Source: Epithemia pelagica
Taxonomy: Eukaryota > Protista > Bacillariophyta
Length of the DNA stretch: 64,000 bases
NCBI GenBank assembly: GCA_946965045.2
Contig: OX337228.1
Coordinates: 5,146,001-5,210,000, forward strand
Reading direction: 5' to 3'
Positions 12,658 through 24,315 of the stretch are shown piece after piece. Position numbers and translations under genes: made by a program. The first letter of the stretch is position 1. Each line of letters starts with the position of its first letter. The notes under the pieces are model-generated. The model saw only the letters and a list, made by a program, of their open reading frames with translations, ran no database searches and was not told the origin of the DNA.

Positions 12658-14025
12658 ATGGCGACGACAGCAACGATGGACGAAATAACCCAGCGTATGG
12701 AGGGCATTCATCATTACGACAATGGCACGTCTGACCAACATCAGGGGGGAGGGGTTGCATCGGAGGCGTCGTTGTCTTCATCGCCAACTACACGTCCTCT
12801 CACGACACCCAGCACATCGGATCAAAGACCCTTTGACATTGCAAGGGCGGCAGGCCCTCCCTCAAACCCCATTGACTTTCCCCCTCCGATCATTCATCGG
12901 GGTCGTCGGGTGGAAGTTTGCTGTTATATTCCATCCACGGGCCAACACGAGCGGCTTCCGAATGTTTTAATCAGCGACGAACCACGAAGAGCAGGAGCCA
13001 GAGAGATGGCGTACTATCCGATTCCTCACAAGAAACCAATAAAAACCATCATGGGACACGTCGAAATTTGTGCCGTGTTGAAACGATGCATGAAAGACGA
13101 TGAAGACACAAGTGCAGACGAAGAGGAGGAGGTATTTGTGGTAGAAGAAGATGAAGACGTTGTCTTTGAATTAACAGATGAGTACGTCGCTGTCAAGGTT
13201 AATTTCGACAGCAAAATGAACCAACTGCGCAATCGTCATGCCGAAGACCCAATGAAAGAAATTGCTGCCATGCAGCTCATTGGAGATAAATCACCTCATG
13301 TGCTTGGATGCCGTGATGTTTTATATGACGCCACAAGTCAGACGTTGAATGTAATCTTGCGCTACTGTCCACATGGGGACCTTTTTCAGATGCTTCAAGA
13401 TGTCCAGCAATTTGCATCCGAAACAACACCAGGCCTGACGGAGCCACAAGCACGATACTGGTTTAAACAAATTCTACTTGGCTTGAAGCATTTGAGAGAT
13501 TTGGGTATATGTCATCGTGATTTGTCACCAGAAAACGTGATGATGGATCACAACCAATGTCTAGTTATTGATTTTGGCATGTGCTTGCGTGTTCCCTACT
13601 CAAATCCTCAGACTTGCGGCGTGACGGACATTACTCGAGGGACACAAAAACTCTTGTTCTCTCCACAGGGTGCTTGTGGAAAGTTGCCCTACATGTCTCC
13701 TGAAATATACAAGAACCGACAACCATTTGACGGTGAACTCGCAGATATTTGGACGGCAGGGACAATTTTGTTTTGTATGATAACTGGAAATCGCTCTTAC
13801 TTGCGGCCGCATTCATCAGACCCACAATTCTATTGGATGACACGTGGACTGGACCAAATGCTACGAGATTGGAATGTCCAACTTTCCGAACAAGGATTTC
13901 ATCTGTTGAAGAATTTGCTTCAAGTCGATCCACGTCTTCGCCTGACACTCGATGAAGCTCTTAATCATCCATGGTTTGATATGCCCACAGAAGAAATGGA
14001 TCTTTCAGATCCACTCATGCTTTGA
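12658..14025 (+). CDS. Ser/Thr protein kinase (stramenopile CAMK-like type)
   Basis: VAVK, EDPMKEIAAM, HRDLSPEN, DFG, GKLPYMSPE and DIWTAG kinase subdomains; single exon. Confidence 0.93.
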   Translation: MATTATMDEITQRMEGIHHYDNGTSDQHQGGGVASEASLSSSPTTRPLTTPSTSDQRPFDIARAAGPPSNPIDFPPPIIHRGRRVEVCCYIPSTGQHERLPNVLISDEPRRAGAREMAYYPIPHKKPIKTIMGHVEICAVLKRCMKDDEDTSADEEEEVFVVEEDEDVVFELTDEYVAVKVNFDSKMNQLRNRHAEDPMKEIAAMQLIGDKSPHVLGCRDVLYDATSQTLNVILRYCPHGDLFQMLQDVQQFASETTPGLTEPQARYWFKQILLGLKHLRDLGICHRDLSPENVMMDHNQCLVIDFGMCLRVPYSNPQTCGVTDITRGTQKLLFSPQGACGKLPYMSPEIYKNRQPFDGELADIWTAGTILFCMITGNRSYLRPHSSDPQFYWMTRGLDQMLRDWNVQLSEQGFHLLKNLLQVDPRLRLTLDEALNHPWFDMPTEEMDLSDPLML

Positions 14026-14502
14026 ATTGAAATCTCAGGTGCATTAGAGTAAGACGTCAATATCACCCGCACCTTCGGCCTCCCTAGCATGACTCGTATT
14101 TCTTCTGGCTCCTACGCTTGGAACAGATGGCGTCCTCTGCTAATGTAATCCATGCAATCTACTTTGAAGATCGGTTGGACCATAACGTAGCTTATGGTTG
14201 TGAAAGTACAAAAAAAGTTGGACAACTTGTAAGGTTTCGATGAACAGGACCATCGACACTGACGGGTTTCTTCTCAAACATGAAAGACGGTAAACCTCGT
14301 TGAAAGCTATGAGGCAATAGTTGAATTCAGATGTTGCGGTAAAATAACAACTTTCTCAAAATTTCGCTGGATATTACATACTTCGTATCATGGCACCAGA
14401 GTTAGAGTTTAGAGGTTGCCACTGAGCATATTGTGCTACTCCTAGATTGGAAAGCGTGTAAAGGTGACAAGCCCAAACAGCCTCTAAATCGTTTCGTACA
14501 GC

Positions 14503-14910
14503 TTACTCCGAGAAGCCCGGTTTCATATCTATTTCTCCATCACGACCCTCCAGAACGTTCAAAACGCCATTCTTGTGCATAGAAGCTCTACCCTTCTTCA
14601 TACCAGACGTATTATCCGAAGCATAGAAAAATCCTTGGAACCGACCGTTCGACATTCGACAACCGCCAAATACTGGTTCACCGTCGGGCAAAGCTTCTGC
14701 GCAAGCTGAAGGACCTCCGATGCCACTTGCTATGACTGTGATATCTGTCTTACTACCAGGTACATAACCAGCCACAAGCCAGTCCACATCCTTGTTCGAA
14801 TCATCACGAATTTTCGACCAAGTCTCAGAGACTTCGGGAAGAACGTTCACGCCACTACTTCTCTTGACACCACCGGATCGAGGGTCCGTCTGTAGAGTTC
14901 CTGCGATCAT
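14503..14910 (-). CDS. ADF-H domain protein, coactosin-like
   Basis: W-x2-IR-D...DWLVAGY...SG-GG...L-D...FGG-R...KKG-ASMHK pattern resembles coactosin/drebrin ADF-H domains. CACAATG start context. Confidence 0.6.
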   Translation of the reverse strand: MIAGTLQTDPRSGGVKRSSGVNVLPEVSETWSKIRDDSNKDVDWLVAGYVPGSKTDITVIASGIGGPSACAEALPDGEPVFGGCRMSNGRFQGFFYASDNTSGMKKGRASMHKNGVLNVLEGRDGEIDMKPGFSE

Positions 14911-15165
14911 TGTGGATGTCCAAGCCGTCGACTTAAAAAGTTTTGTGAGAAAGAGGTCATCGCAGATCTATGTCCGTCCGACCTCGTCCGACAACAGTAT
15001 GCGTCTGATCAGTCGCCAATCAGTCGTGTTTCTACAGAATCTACCTGGTTCGTGCGGCAGAGTGACAATAGACTATCCCCTTTTTTCTCTTGCAGGAGTA
15101 GCAGAAGGATGATACGGATACACAAATGCTTGATCCTAGAGATGCCAAAATAATCTATCGTCCAT

Positions 15166-16696
15166 TTACTCTTCGTACTTCCGGAAAAGAAGCGCCGCGT
15201 TGTGACCTCCAAACCCAAGATTGGTGCTCATGGCCCCTACAACATCCATGTCTCGTTTCACATTCGGGACGTAGTCAAGATCACATTCAGGATCGGGTGT
15301 CTCGTAATTTACGGTTGGTGGGACAACACCGTGTTTGATACTGAGTGCGGCAACAATTGCCTCCAAACCTCCTGCTGCTCCAAGTGTGTGGCCAGTGACA
15401 CACTTAGTCGACGAAACCACCAAGTCTTTGTTGGTGGCGTGATCGCCGAAAACGGTTTTAATTGCCATGGTTTCAAACTTATCGTTGTACGCTGTCGAAG
15501 TTCCATGTGCATTGACATATGATATTTCCGTCTTTTCCATTCCTGACATACCGATGGCCATTTCCATGGCAGCGGCAAGACCTCTTCCTTCGGGTGCTGG
15601 TGTCGTAATGTGGTAGGCGTCACACGTCTGAACGAAAAAAGAGTTAGATTCCCTCGTAAGTGCTTAAAAGGCAAGAAACATGAAAAGACTTACAGCACCA
15701 TAGCCCACCAATTCTGCGTAAATCGGTACCCCTCGTTTCTTGGCCGACGCCAAACTCTCAACAACAACTACACCTGCTCCTTCACCCATAATGAATCCAC
15801 CTCGATCAGCATCGAATGGCCGAGAGCCCGCTTCTGGGTTATCATTGAATTTCGTGTTCATTGCTTTCATCGCACAAAACCCGGCAAAGCACAAAGGAGT
15901 GATGGTAGCCTCGGTTCCTCCAGCAACCATGATATCAGCATGTCCGTCTTGAATCATTCCCATAGCTTCGCCAATGGCATGGCTCGCGCTCGCACAAGCG
16001 GAAACGACGCCATAGTTGGGTCCTTGACATCCACATTCGATACCGATGACACCAGAGGCAGTGTTACCCAGCAATGCTGGAATTGTAAAAGGAGAAACCT
16101 GTGGATGGTGACCAGAGTAATGAGGAATCTCAATGGTCACGACAGCACTTTATTGACCAGGGTCCTACCTTTGGTCTTTCTGGCTTTTTCGCCAGTTTCA
16201 GTGTTTCTTTCTCAAATGTTTCCATACCACCGAATGCCGACCCCACCATGACACCAACACGTCCAGGGTTCTCCAGAGTATCTGGCGTATTGCCTAGCTG
16301 AGCATCTGACAACGCTTGTTTCGCTGCTGCAACAGCAAAGTGTGTGTACCTGTCATTTGACTTGGCATTTTTTGGATTCGCAAAGTAGTCGTTGGGATCA
16401 AACATGTCTTCTGGGACCTCACTGGCGATCTGGCAAGGCATACAGGTCACGTCGAAACGTTCAACTTTGCGAATGCTTGACTTTCCTTCAAGGCATGCCT
16501 CAAAGAAGGATTCAGAGCCGATGCCACAGCCACTGATTACACCCAGACCCGTGACAACAACTCGTTTCTCGTCAGAGTCCTCATTCGACATGGAAAGAGC
16601 CGACGGGCTATATTGTCGAGAGGTTGAAGGGTTCGTAAGGACCGAGAATGCCCGTACAGTTGTGAAGAAAAGGAAATATTTCGCAAACGTTATCAT
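15166..16696 (-). CDS. fabF: Plastid 3-oxoacyl-ACP synthase II, 3 exons (16696-16169, 16098-15694, 15627-15166)
   Basis: RVVVTGLG, catalytic Cys in [26 protein letters not shown] and NLGFGGHNA. Two phase-0 GT-AG introns (70 and 66 nt). Leader ending VRA|F. Confidence 0.95.
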
Positions 16697-16926
16697 GGTG
16701 GCACTTTAATTGATATCACCGCTTTGACAAGCATCAACACACTGTTTTCGTTGTCCCTCTCTATCTTCGTCCGTATAAACATGGCGACGCGTCCATGTTG
16801 TTGATGACGAGTCACCATCCCAAGCGTCGACCATCTATTGGTGACGTGTTGGTGGTAGTTTTGGCAGTCTTTAATGATACTCATAAGCGACCCTAAAGCG
16901 ATCTTATTCATATGGCATCTACTACC

Positions 16927-16938
16927 CGCTCCATGATT
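16927..16938 (+). repeat. Left target-site duplication CGCTCCATGATT
   Basis: Identical 12-mer at 24290-24301, directly after the T14 tail. Confidence 0.9.
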
Positions 16939-17045
16939 TCCATAATTTCAAGATCAGGCGAAAGTGAAAGGACCTTTTCGCGCATTGGTTTTTGAAATTT
17001 CAGTAGCTTTAGTACCGAGTCCTACGTGCGCAAGCACCTCCGTCC

Positions 17046-18767
17046 ATGACGACCATGGCGGAACCCTCTACATCGACGCCAACAACCGAGAACATGGCAG
17101 ACGACGCAAGCACTAACACTCAAACCATCGATAATCAAGCGATCCCGTACGAAGGTGAGGAGAAAGAGTACACCCTCAAGTTTCTTTTCCGTCCCAAGGC
17201 CAGCAAAAACACCAACGTCGCGAAGAACCACTACGCGATTCTCCAAGCCATGCTCCAAGTCTTTCCTGAGATTGTTCTCTTCAACAATCACGGCGAAATC
17301 ATCAATCCCAAGAAGCTCAAGACTATTCTGAACTATAACGATTATCTCCGCAATTTCAACCTCCACTTCTCCAAGGGCAATGCTGATAAGAATCGAGCCC
17401 CCATCTACATCGTTGTGCACCGCATTCGTTCAAGGATTCCTGTGAGCCAGATCAGGCGCGACAGCACAATCTCTCACATCTTGTCTGAAGGAAGAGCTAA
17501 AATGACTGTACATGGTTGGAACGAAGATGAAGTTCGCATTTCCAACATTGGTTTCTTCGTCGGATACGATCCTAGTAACATTCTTAATGAAGAAATGGAT
17601 GAATGGATCAAGAAGAAAATCTTTGAAAGTACTGGAACCTCGCTCAAAAAGATCCCCAAGTTTCGATGTGGTTTCTCGTCACCATTCCTTGTTGATGACG
17701 ACGGATATCGATTCGCAACCAAGACATTTGACCTCCAATGCCGCCAACAAGATGCCAAGGAATTGATTGAACTGCTGTCGACGACGTATCGCGATAATCC
17801 TCGATTCGTTTTTCACCGAGTTCGCCACTCTCAACCTGATACTTATCGCCGGGCTATCTTGAAGCAAAACGCATACCTCAAGAAATCTCGAATCGTCCCC
17901 ATTGAAGGATTATCTTCGGACATGTTGTGGTATGGGATGCGAGAACGTATAAATAGTATTCCTGGAGTACACCGAGTTACCAAACACCGAATGACTGGTG
18001 AGAAAGGAAGATGGAGCATCCACACTGACATGCTTCATTTCAGTCAAGTCGTCACGGCCGTGAAGGGAAATTTAACACGTTGGGCTGATGAAGTGAGCGA
18101 AGCAAACACAATTCAAACTGGATATTCATTCTTACCAAGATTGGCATTTAAGAAGAACGCATTTGATGACTACGACGACGACGATGACGAATCACACGCA
18201 AGTTCGTTTCAGACTTACATGACAGCTTGTAGTTCTCTCTATGCTGCCGACGAAGACGATTGCATGAACCCCCCATCGGATTCCGCCCCTGTTGCTCAAG
18301 CATGGGTCTGTCCTATCCAGATCAAAACCGTGGTTGCTGGTCAGAGAACGGAAGAAGCACAAAGTCAGATAACGCAGGATGATTACGACCGTCTCAAGTC
18401 CGAAAATGACAAATTGACCCGTGAAATCCGTGAGTTAAAGGACCAATTCAGACAATTTATGGAGGAACAAAAACAAGCTCGAACCACGACAGTGAGTCAA
18501 CAAGAAAAGACCAATTTCAAAGCACTCCTGAAGGCAGCCATGACTGAAATCCGCGAAGAAATGACTCAAACGGCACAATCTCAAAACCAGAACACTCCCA
18601 ATAATAGCGAAGGAAATCGGGCAGAGGCACAAGAGCCAGCCAATAACGATTCAGAACAGCGGGCTACGTCCAATCTTGACGTAAGCATGGCACAGGCCAA
18701 TTTGTCCTTTCAGGCGGACGAATCCCTGATGCAATCAAGTATGTTTAGCCATGACTCCGACTCATAG
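17046..18767 (+). CDS. Retrotransposon ORF1 protein, intact, 573 aa, C-terminal coiled coil
   Basis: Position upstream of ORF2 inside the TSD-bounded unit. Heptad-like DYDRLKSENDKLTREIRELKDQFRQF. No canonical gag knuckle seen. Confidence 0.8.
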   Translation: MTTMAEPSTSTPTTENMADDASTNTQTIDNQAIPYEGEEKEYTLKFLFRPKASKNTNVAKNHYAILQAMLQVFPEIVLFNNHGEIINPKKLKTILNYNDYLRNFNLHFSKGNADKNRAPIYIVVHRIRSRIPVSQIRRDSTISHILSEGRAKMTVHGWNEDEVRISNIGFFVGYDPSNILNEEMDEWIKKKIFESTGTSLKKIPKFRCGFSSPFLVDDDGYRFATKTFDLQCRQQDAKELIELLSTTYRDNPRFVFHRVRHSQPDTYRRAILKQNAYLKKSRIVPIEGLSSDMLWYGMRERINSIPGVHRVTKHRMTGEKGRWSIHTDMLHFSQVVTAVKGNLTRWADEVSEANTIQTGYSFLPRLAFKKNAFDDYDDDDDESHASSFQTYMTACSSLYAADEDDCMNPPSDSAPVAQAWVCPIQIKTVVAGQRTEEAQSQITQDDYDRLKSENDKLTREIRELKDQFRQFMEEQKQARTTTVSQQEKTNFKALLKAAMTEIREEMTQTAQSQNQNTPNNSEGNRAEAQEPANNDSEQRATSNLDVSMAQANLSFQADESLMQSSMFSHDSDS

Positions 18768-21700
18768 AGACGACTATGTAAGCGATTACATAGACTTTGC
18801 TCTTAATCACTACCCCGACAATTCTACACCCAATCACGACACCGAAGATGACATACTAGACGAACAAGCAGAGAATACCATTCTGGACGATAGACAAACG
18901 CAACAGCAGAGAAATTACGCAAACAATCCTTATATTGGCACAGCACCACCAGAAGAAAAAGAAGATTATGTCTTCCGAGTATACGGCGCAAATACAAATG
19001 GCTTCAATCTCGGACGTGATGGTGCGGACTTCTCCGAATTTTGTGAAGAAATGAAGAACCTAGAAGTGTACTTTCGAGCATAACCTGGATACATTGAAAC
19101 CAAAGGTCAGAGAAGTTTTAGACACAACGGTCAGGAAACACTTCGACTACGCAAAACTTGTTACCAGCACCTCATCAATATCTTTACACCGGAGAAGTAC
19201 TTTTAAACCAGGAGGAACACTCTTGGTAACACAAGGCCACCCAAGTGGACGTGTGGTTCGACAGGGACACGACAACCTTGGACGATGGAGCTATCAGGTC
19301 TTATCTTGTAAGAACAGTCGCTCACTGACCATTGTGTCAGCATATCAAGTGTGTCAGCAGCAGATTTTGAACAATAATCGTGTTGCAAGCAGCACGGCAT
19401 CATCTCAACAGATCAGTCTTCTTCGACAACAAGGTCGTTCTGAAAACCCACGCATGGCTTTTGTTCACGACTTGGAAAACTTCTTAGACGAAAGAATACA
19501 AGCAGGGTCGGAAATCCTTCTGCTTGGAGACTTTAACGAAACCTTGAATGAGACTATGGACGGAATGACAAGACTTTGCTCAAATTTACAGCTAACTGAT
19601 CTGATGGAACAGGTAACCAATACGGAAGGCAATTTCGGGACTCACGCTAGAGGCAATCAACGAATCGATTATGCTCTATGTACTGAACTGGTCGCACAAA
19701 GCGCGGTCGCACAAAGCGCGGTTAGAGGATGTTATGAACCCTTTGGCGAACGAACTAAAGGAGATCATCGTAATATGATCATTGATTTCGACTCGAGGAT
19801 CCTGTTTGGTAATATGACACAACCTCTCGGACCTATCTCAACAAGGGAGTTTACTGCGAAGGACAGATCGGCGGTTAGAAAATACATACAGGCAAAGCAC
19901 AAATATTTGCAGGAACATAATTTCGGACATCGATTGGCTTCTCTTGAACATGAGTGGAGTGCAGAGACAATGGAGCAATTAGACGCAGACTTTCAACGCG
20001 CTGGAAGATTTGCTGCTAATCAGTGCATCAAGAAACCACGCCAGATCGCATATGTAAGAGAATTAGCTGAACTGCGGAAAAAGAAGAATGTTCTGTTGAA
20101 ATTGATATCTCAATACAAACTCCATCGCTCATATGCATCGGGAATCGCTCACGCAACAAGAGATGGCTGCACATTCACACTTCCTAACAGTCTGGAAGAA
20201 TGTATCGAAGAGTGCAAAGAGACTCAACAAAAGATACGGGAGATGACACACGATGCCGCCACAAATCGTCGGAATGAACAACAGGTTGCTTTAGAAACTG
20301 CTCGCATTAAGGGCGATACTAAGACTACCAAAGCTATTAAGCACAGAATGGCTGCTGAGAGGACAAAAACGATGTTTAACAAAATCCGCCAGTATCGAGG
20401 AACCCAAAAGACGGGTATCACACGATTGCAAGTACCCGTTGACGCTGACAATGTGGACTACGAACACTGCACAGAGTGGCTAACGATTGATACACCGGCA
20501 GAAATTGAAAGCCGTCTACTGCAACGGAACCAAAAGCACTTTGGACAAGCCGAGGGCACCTTTCCGACCCAACCACCCTTCTCCAAATGGGTGGATTGGG
20601 GAGCATCGACACACACCGCTGAACTAATTCTGAACGGTACATGGCAATCTACCGAGTTGGACGATCTTCAACAGTGTCTATTGCGTCACATGGAGAAACG
20701 AACTGAGCTTGATTTGATAAAAGACACAATTAGCGTTGACGAATGGCGTGCCAAAATTAAAGCGTGGCCTGAATCGACAACGACGTCCCCGTCCGGGTTT
20801 CATCTTTCCCACAGTAAGGCCCTGTTGGCAGCACACGACATAGAGCCAGGAACTGACGAAGCAAGTGACATCGAACGTATGCGAAATGACCTTATTGAGT
20901 GGCAAGTTGGTCTACTCAACAATGCGATTCGACATCAATATTCTTTCGAAAGGTGGCAAAAGATAGTCGATGTTATGATCCTGAAAGAGCCGTCGAATAT
21001 CAAGATCCACCGCTTGCGCGTTATTCATTTATACGAGCAAGACTATAACTTGCTTTTGGCTGTAAAATGGAGAAAGTTGATTCAACATGGAGCACAGCAT
21101 CAGTTACTACATGCATCTCAATTTGGTGCCGTTCCAGGTCGTGACGCCGTAATTCCAACAATGATCGAAGAGTTTCAGTACGAAATAAGTCGCGCCAGCA
21201 AGAGACCGATGGTGCACCTCGACTACGATGCAACAGCTTGCTATGACAGAATTGTCATGTCTTTTGGTGGATTAGCATCACGAAGTTTCGGACAGCATCG
21301 TTCTGTGGTCTTTATCAATGCAACAACACTCGCGGAAGCAAAGTATTATCTCAAAACTCAATTGGGAGTGTCTGAGAGATTCTATAAGCATTGTACAATA
21401 TACCCAATTTACGGCTCTGGGCAGGGCGCGGGGAATTCTCCGGCCATCTGGTGTGTGATAAGCTCGATCCTATTCGAGACCTATGAAGACAAGGCACATG
21501 GAGCAACATTCTATTCTCCTGATCGAAAAACATCTGCCCAAGTACTCATGGTCGGTTTTGTTGATGATACCAGCGGAAGCGTCAACGACTTCCTTCTCCC
21601 GAAAGCAGCCAGTCCTGAACACTATATTCAACGCGCCTCAGCCGATGCACAACGATGGAACGACCTCCTGTCTCTTTCGGGAGGATCTCTGAGGGTACAA

Positions 21701-24170
21701 CAGACATACACCGAACGCTGTTGTTTTTGGCTCTTCAGACTTTGGAGGACTGGGATTGCGTACATTGTTCATCGAACGAGGGATTGCCCAAATCTATGGT
21801 CTACTAGCTTGTCTGCGCTCTTGTGGTGTTGCTTCACAATTGGCTAGCATCATGCTAAGCTGGGGACAACTGTTGGCTGGAACTGGATCTCCGATTCTAC
21901 AAGACACGATAAACGACCTCCCTCATTTGGATCCCATGTGTTGGCTACCGACTTTGCGTGCTTCTTTATCTTGTATGAACTGTACTATCGAGCTGGCTGA
22001 TACGCATGTTCCTCCTGTTCAGCGGGAACATGATCTGTTTGTTATGGACAAAGCCCTTACTGTGACTCACAAACCTATTGATTTGCAGTTCATCAACGCT
22101 TGCCGAATATACCTTGGAATCACTTTTCTTAGTGACATGGTTACCCCTGCTGGAACTCAAATTTGTCAATTCGCCTTACAAGGGTATCAATCCACGCAAA
22201 CGCAACCTAAACTATTGTTTCCGTACCAAAATCGACCTGGCAGTAAAGCATGGAAAGTCTGGAAAAACTTTCTCCGAACATTGATCACACCTGGTACTAC
22301 GTGCAACCTTCGTGTCTGCCTTGGACGCTGGTTAGTCACTGGTTCTGCTCTCTATCGAGAGTGGAATACTTATCTTGTTCCAGAACGGAGTCAAGTCTTG
22401 ATTTGTACGCCTAACACAGATCAGTTCACAATTTGCATTCCTACTGCCGATTACCGTGGGTTCTGTGCTACTCATTCCAGCTGTCCTCTTCTCCCCTCCA
22501 CTGCACTTCCCGTATTTACTCTGCAACGCAACAACGTTCACATTCTGGCGCACTTTGCCTACGCATCTTGCTCCGACCCTACACCTAGTCCTTCTGCATC
22601 TTTCTCAGACGTTATTTCCTCCTTGGAGCGTTGGGAAAGAGAACTTCTTTGTGGCGTCTCGTTTTTGTGTCCTCTCGAGCAGCTTCATGCTATTTTTACG
22701 TCACATGACTCCGCAACACAGCTGCCGTTACATCTTTGCGGAGATGGTTCCGTTAATCACTTTGTGGGCTCATTTGGTGGGTCCTGTTCCGATGACGCAG
22801 GCTTACGATTGTTTCATATCAAGGGACCTGCACCAGGTTATCGCACAACATCGTATCGCGCGGAAAGCTACGCCTTTCTAGCTTGGTTACGCATCATCTT
22901 TCGACTGTGTGAATTTTTCGAATGCCCGCTGCCGTCACAACTGGCAATTTACTCGGATTCGGAAAGCATGTTGAAGACGATACAGCAACGTTTGGAGTGG
23001 ACCGTTGACTACCCCTACACAACAATGAGTCCCGATTGGGATCTTCACCAAGCTATCACAACCACACTGCGCCTATTCCCTAACCTGCCTCACTGTCAAC
23101 ATGTGAAAGGCCATCAAGACAGATTTTTTGCGTTTGACGATCTTCCTTTACCCGCGCAATTGAATGTGGAGGCAGATGAGCTTGCCTCCCAGTTTGTATA
23201 CCCTCCGGATTTGCCAAGCACCATCGTTCCTCTTATCGCAGGCACGGTGGCGCAATTACATTGTGCTACTGGCACCATTACCTCCAACTATCGCGCCGTA
23301 CTTCGTCGCTTATACAACGAACCTTTGATCCGCGAGCACATTTGTTCTCGGATGGAATGGTCAACTGACACCTGGAACCTGGTTGACTGGACGTCTCACT
23401 GCAGAGCCGTTCGTGCAAATTTTCCACGACGCCATTTCTTGTCCAAATACCTCCACAATTGGCTGCCCTTGGGGCATCTAGTTTCGCGCTATGCTGATCA
23501 TTACCCAGACACATGTGCGTCTTGTTCTCACCAAGCTCACGAAGATCGCGAGCATTTTCTGCGTTGTCTGGCTCGTCGGTCGTGGATTGGCCCTCTGTTC
23601 GATGACTTGAAGCAATTTTGGCAGGACCAGTCGGTTGCCCCTTCCATTGTCGATCTATTGTCCACTGCACTTCATTCTTGGCTTTCGGATACCCCTATTT
23701 CTCTCCCGTCCCTGACCCCATCATTGGCTCGTGTGGTGGCTCAACAAACTCTTATCGGTTGGGACCAACTGTTTCTTGGTCGCTTCGCTTGTTCCTGGTC
23801 TTCAGTACAAGAGGATCATCTCCGGTCTCTGGAGATTGATTCGTCCAAGAGTATTTCCGGCACTGCCTTTGTCTCAGGTACCATTCAACTCTTATTTCAC
23901 CATTTGTTCCTCCTCTGGACTCGTCGCAACGAGGATGTCCATGGACGCGATTCATTGACACGCGAAGCTGCCGCTCTCGTTCTGGCTAAAAGAGAGATTC
24001 GATCCCTTTATCAACACCGTAACGCTGTTCCCACTGAGTTACAGCAGATTTTCTACACCGATCCAGATACACACTTCGACTTTCATACAACCTCTTCATC
24101 TCTTCAATCCTGGCTTGCTACCTGGAAGCCAGTTATACTACAATCCTCATCTTCACCCAACAACGCCTAA
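18751..24170 (+). pseudogene. Retrotransposon ORF2 (APE endonuclease, RT, RNase H, C-x2-C-x8-H-x3-C), broken at about 19068 and about 21692
   Basis: APE: NTNG, FEHNLD (frame-shifted), GDFNE, RIDY, GDHR. RT: GAVPGRD, DYDATACYD, GSGQG, FVDD. RNase H: GDGS, RAES, SDS, HVKGHQD, NVEAD. Also a 15-bp in-frame tandem duplication at 19690-19719. Confidence 0.9.
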
Positions 24171-24210
24171 CTAACATTCCTACCTGGTTAGTCCTCGCCT
24201 TGTTCCCAAG

Positions 24211-24270
24211 GCCGGGCGCGTCGGTCGACTCTACTCTGCGCGGGTGAGTACGGCAGCGTTAAAATAGACT
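24211..24270 (+). other. Putative structured RNA motif in the retrotransposon 3' UTR (copy A)
   Basis: By hand, about 46 of 62 aligned columns match 24316-24375. Self-complementary segments: GTCG/CGGC, ACTC/GAGT, and GTC/GAC as a possible pseudoknot. Confidence 0.55.
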
Positions 24271-24289
24271 AGGACTTTTTTTTTTTTTT

Positions 24290-24301
24290 CGCTCCATGAT
24301 T
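24290..24301 (+). repeat. Right target-site duplication CGCTCCATGATT
   Basis: Identical to 16927-16938. Confidence 0.9.
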
Positions 24302-24315
24302 CCGAGAGTAATGGC

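Larger units (their letters stand above)
16939..24289 (+). mobile_element. Full-length, disabled non-LTR retrotransposon (ORF1 + APE-RT-RNaseH-CCHC ORF2; architecture of the diatom Ambal-like group)
   Basis: Two ORFs with all diagnostic motifs, flanked by a perfect 12-bp TSD and ending in T14 (24276-24289). The clade name comes from recalled architecture, not from a search. Confidence 0.92.

Noticed and set aside
16939-17045. HDV-like ribozyme at the LINE 5' end
   Set aside because: TCCTAC resembles an L3 loop, but no P3/P1 nested pseudoknot can be formed.
24175-24220. U1-like TACCTGG and 7SL/Alu-like GCCGGGCGCG
   Set aside because: Short matches with no downstream U1 stem-loop or Sm site and no SRP helix features; GCCGGGCGCG is not conserved in copy B.
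24223-24231. tRNA B-box-like GGTCGACTC
   Set aside because: Deviates from the GTTCRANNC consensus, with no A-box and no cloverleaf.
24171-24275. Ribozyme call (HDV-like TCCTCGC loop, twister-like GTTCCCAAG and CTAACA, pistol-like GTTAAAATAG)
   Set aside because: Only isolated words match. The required P1/P1.1, T1/T2 and pseudoknot partners could not be placed on either strand.
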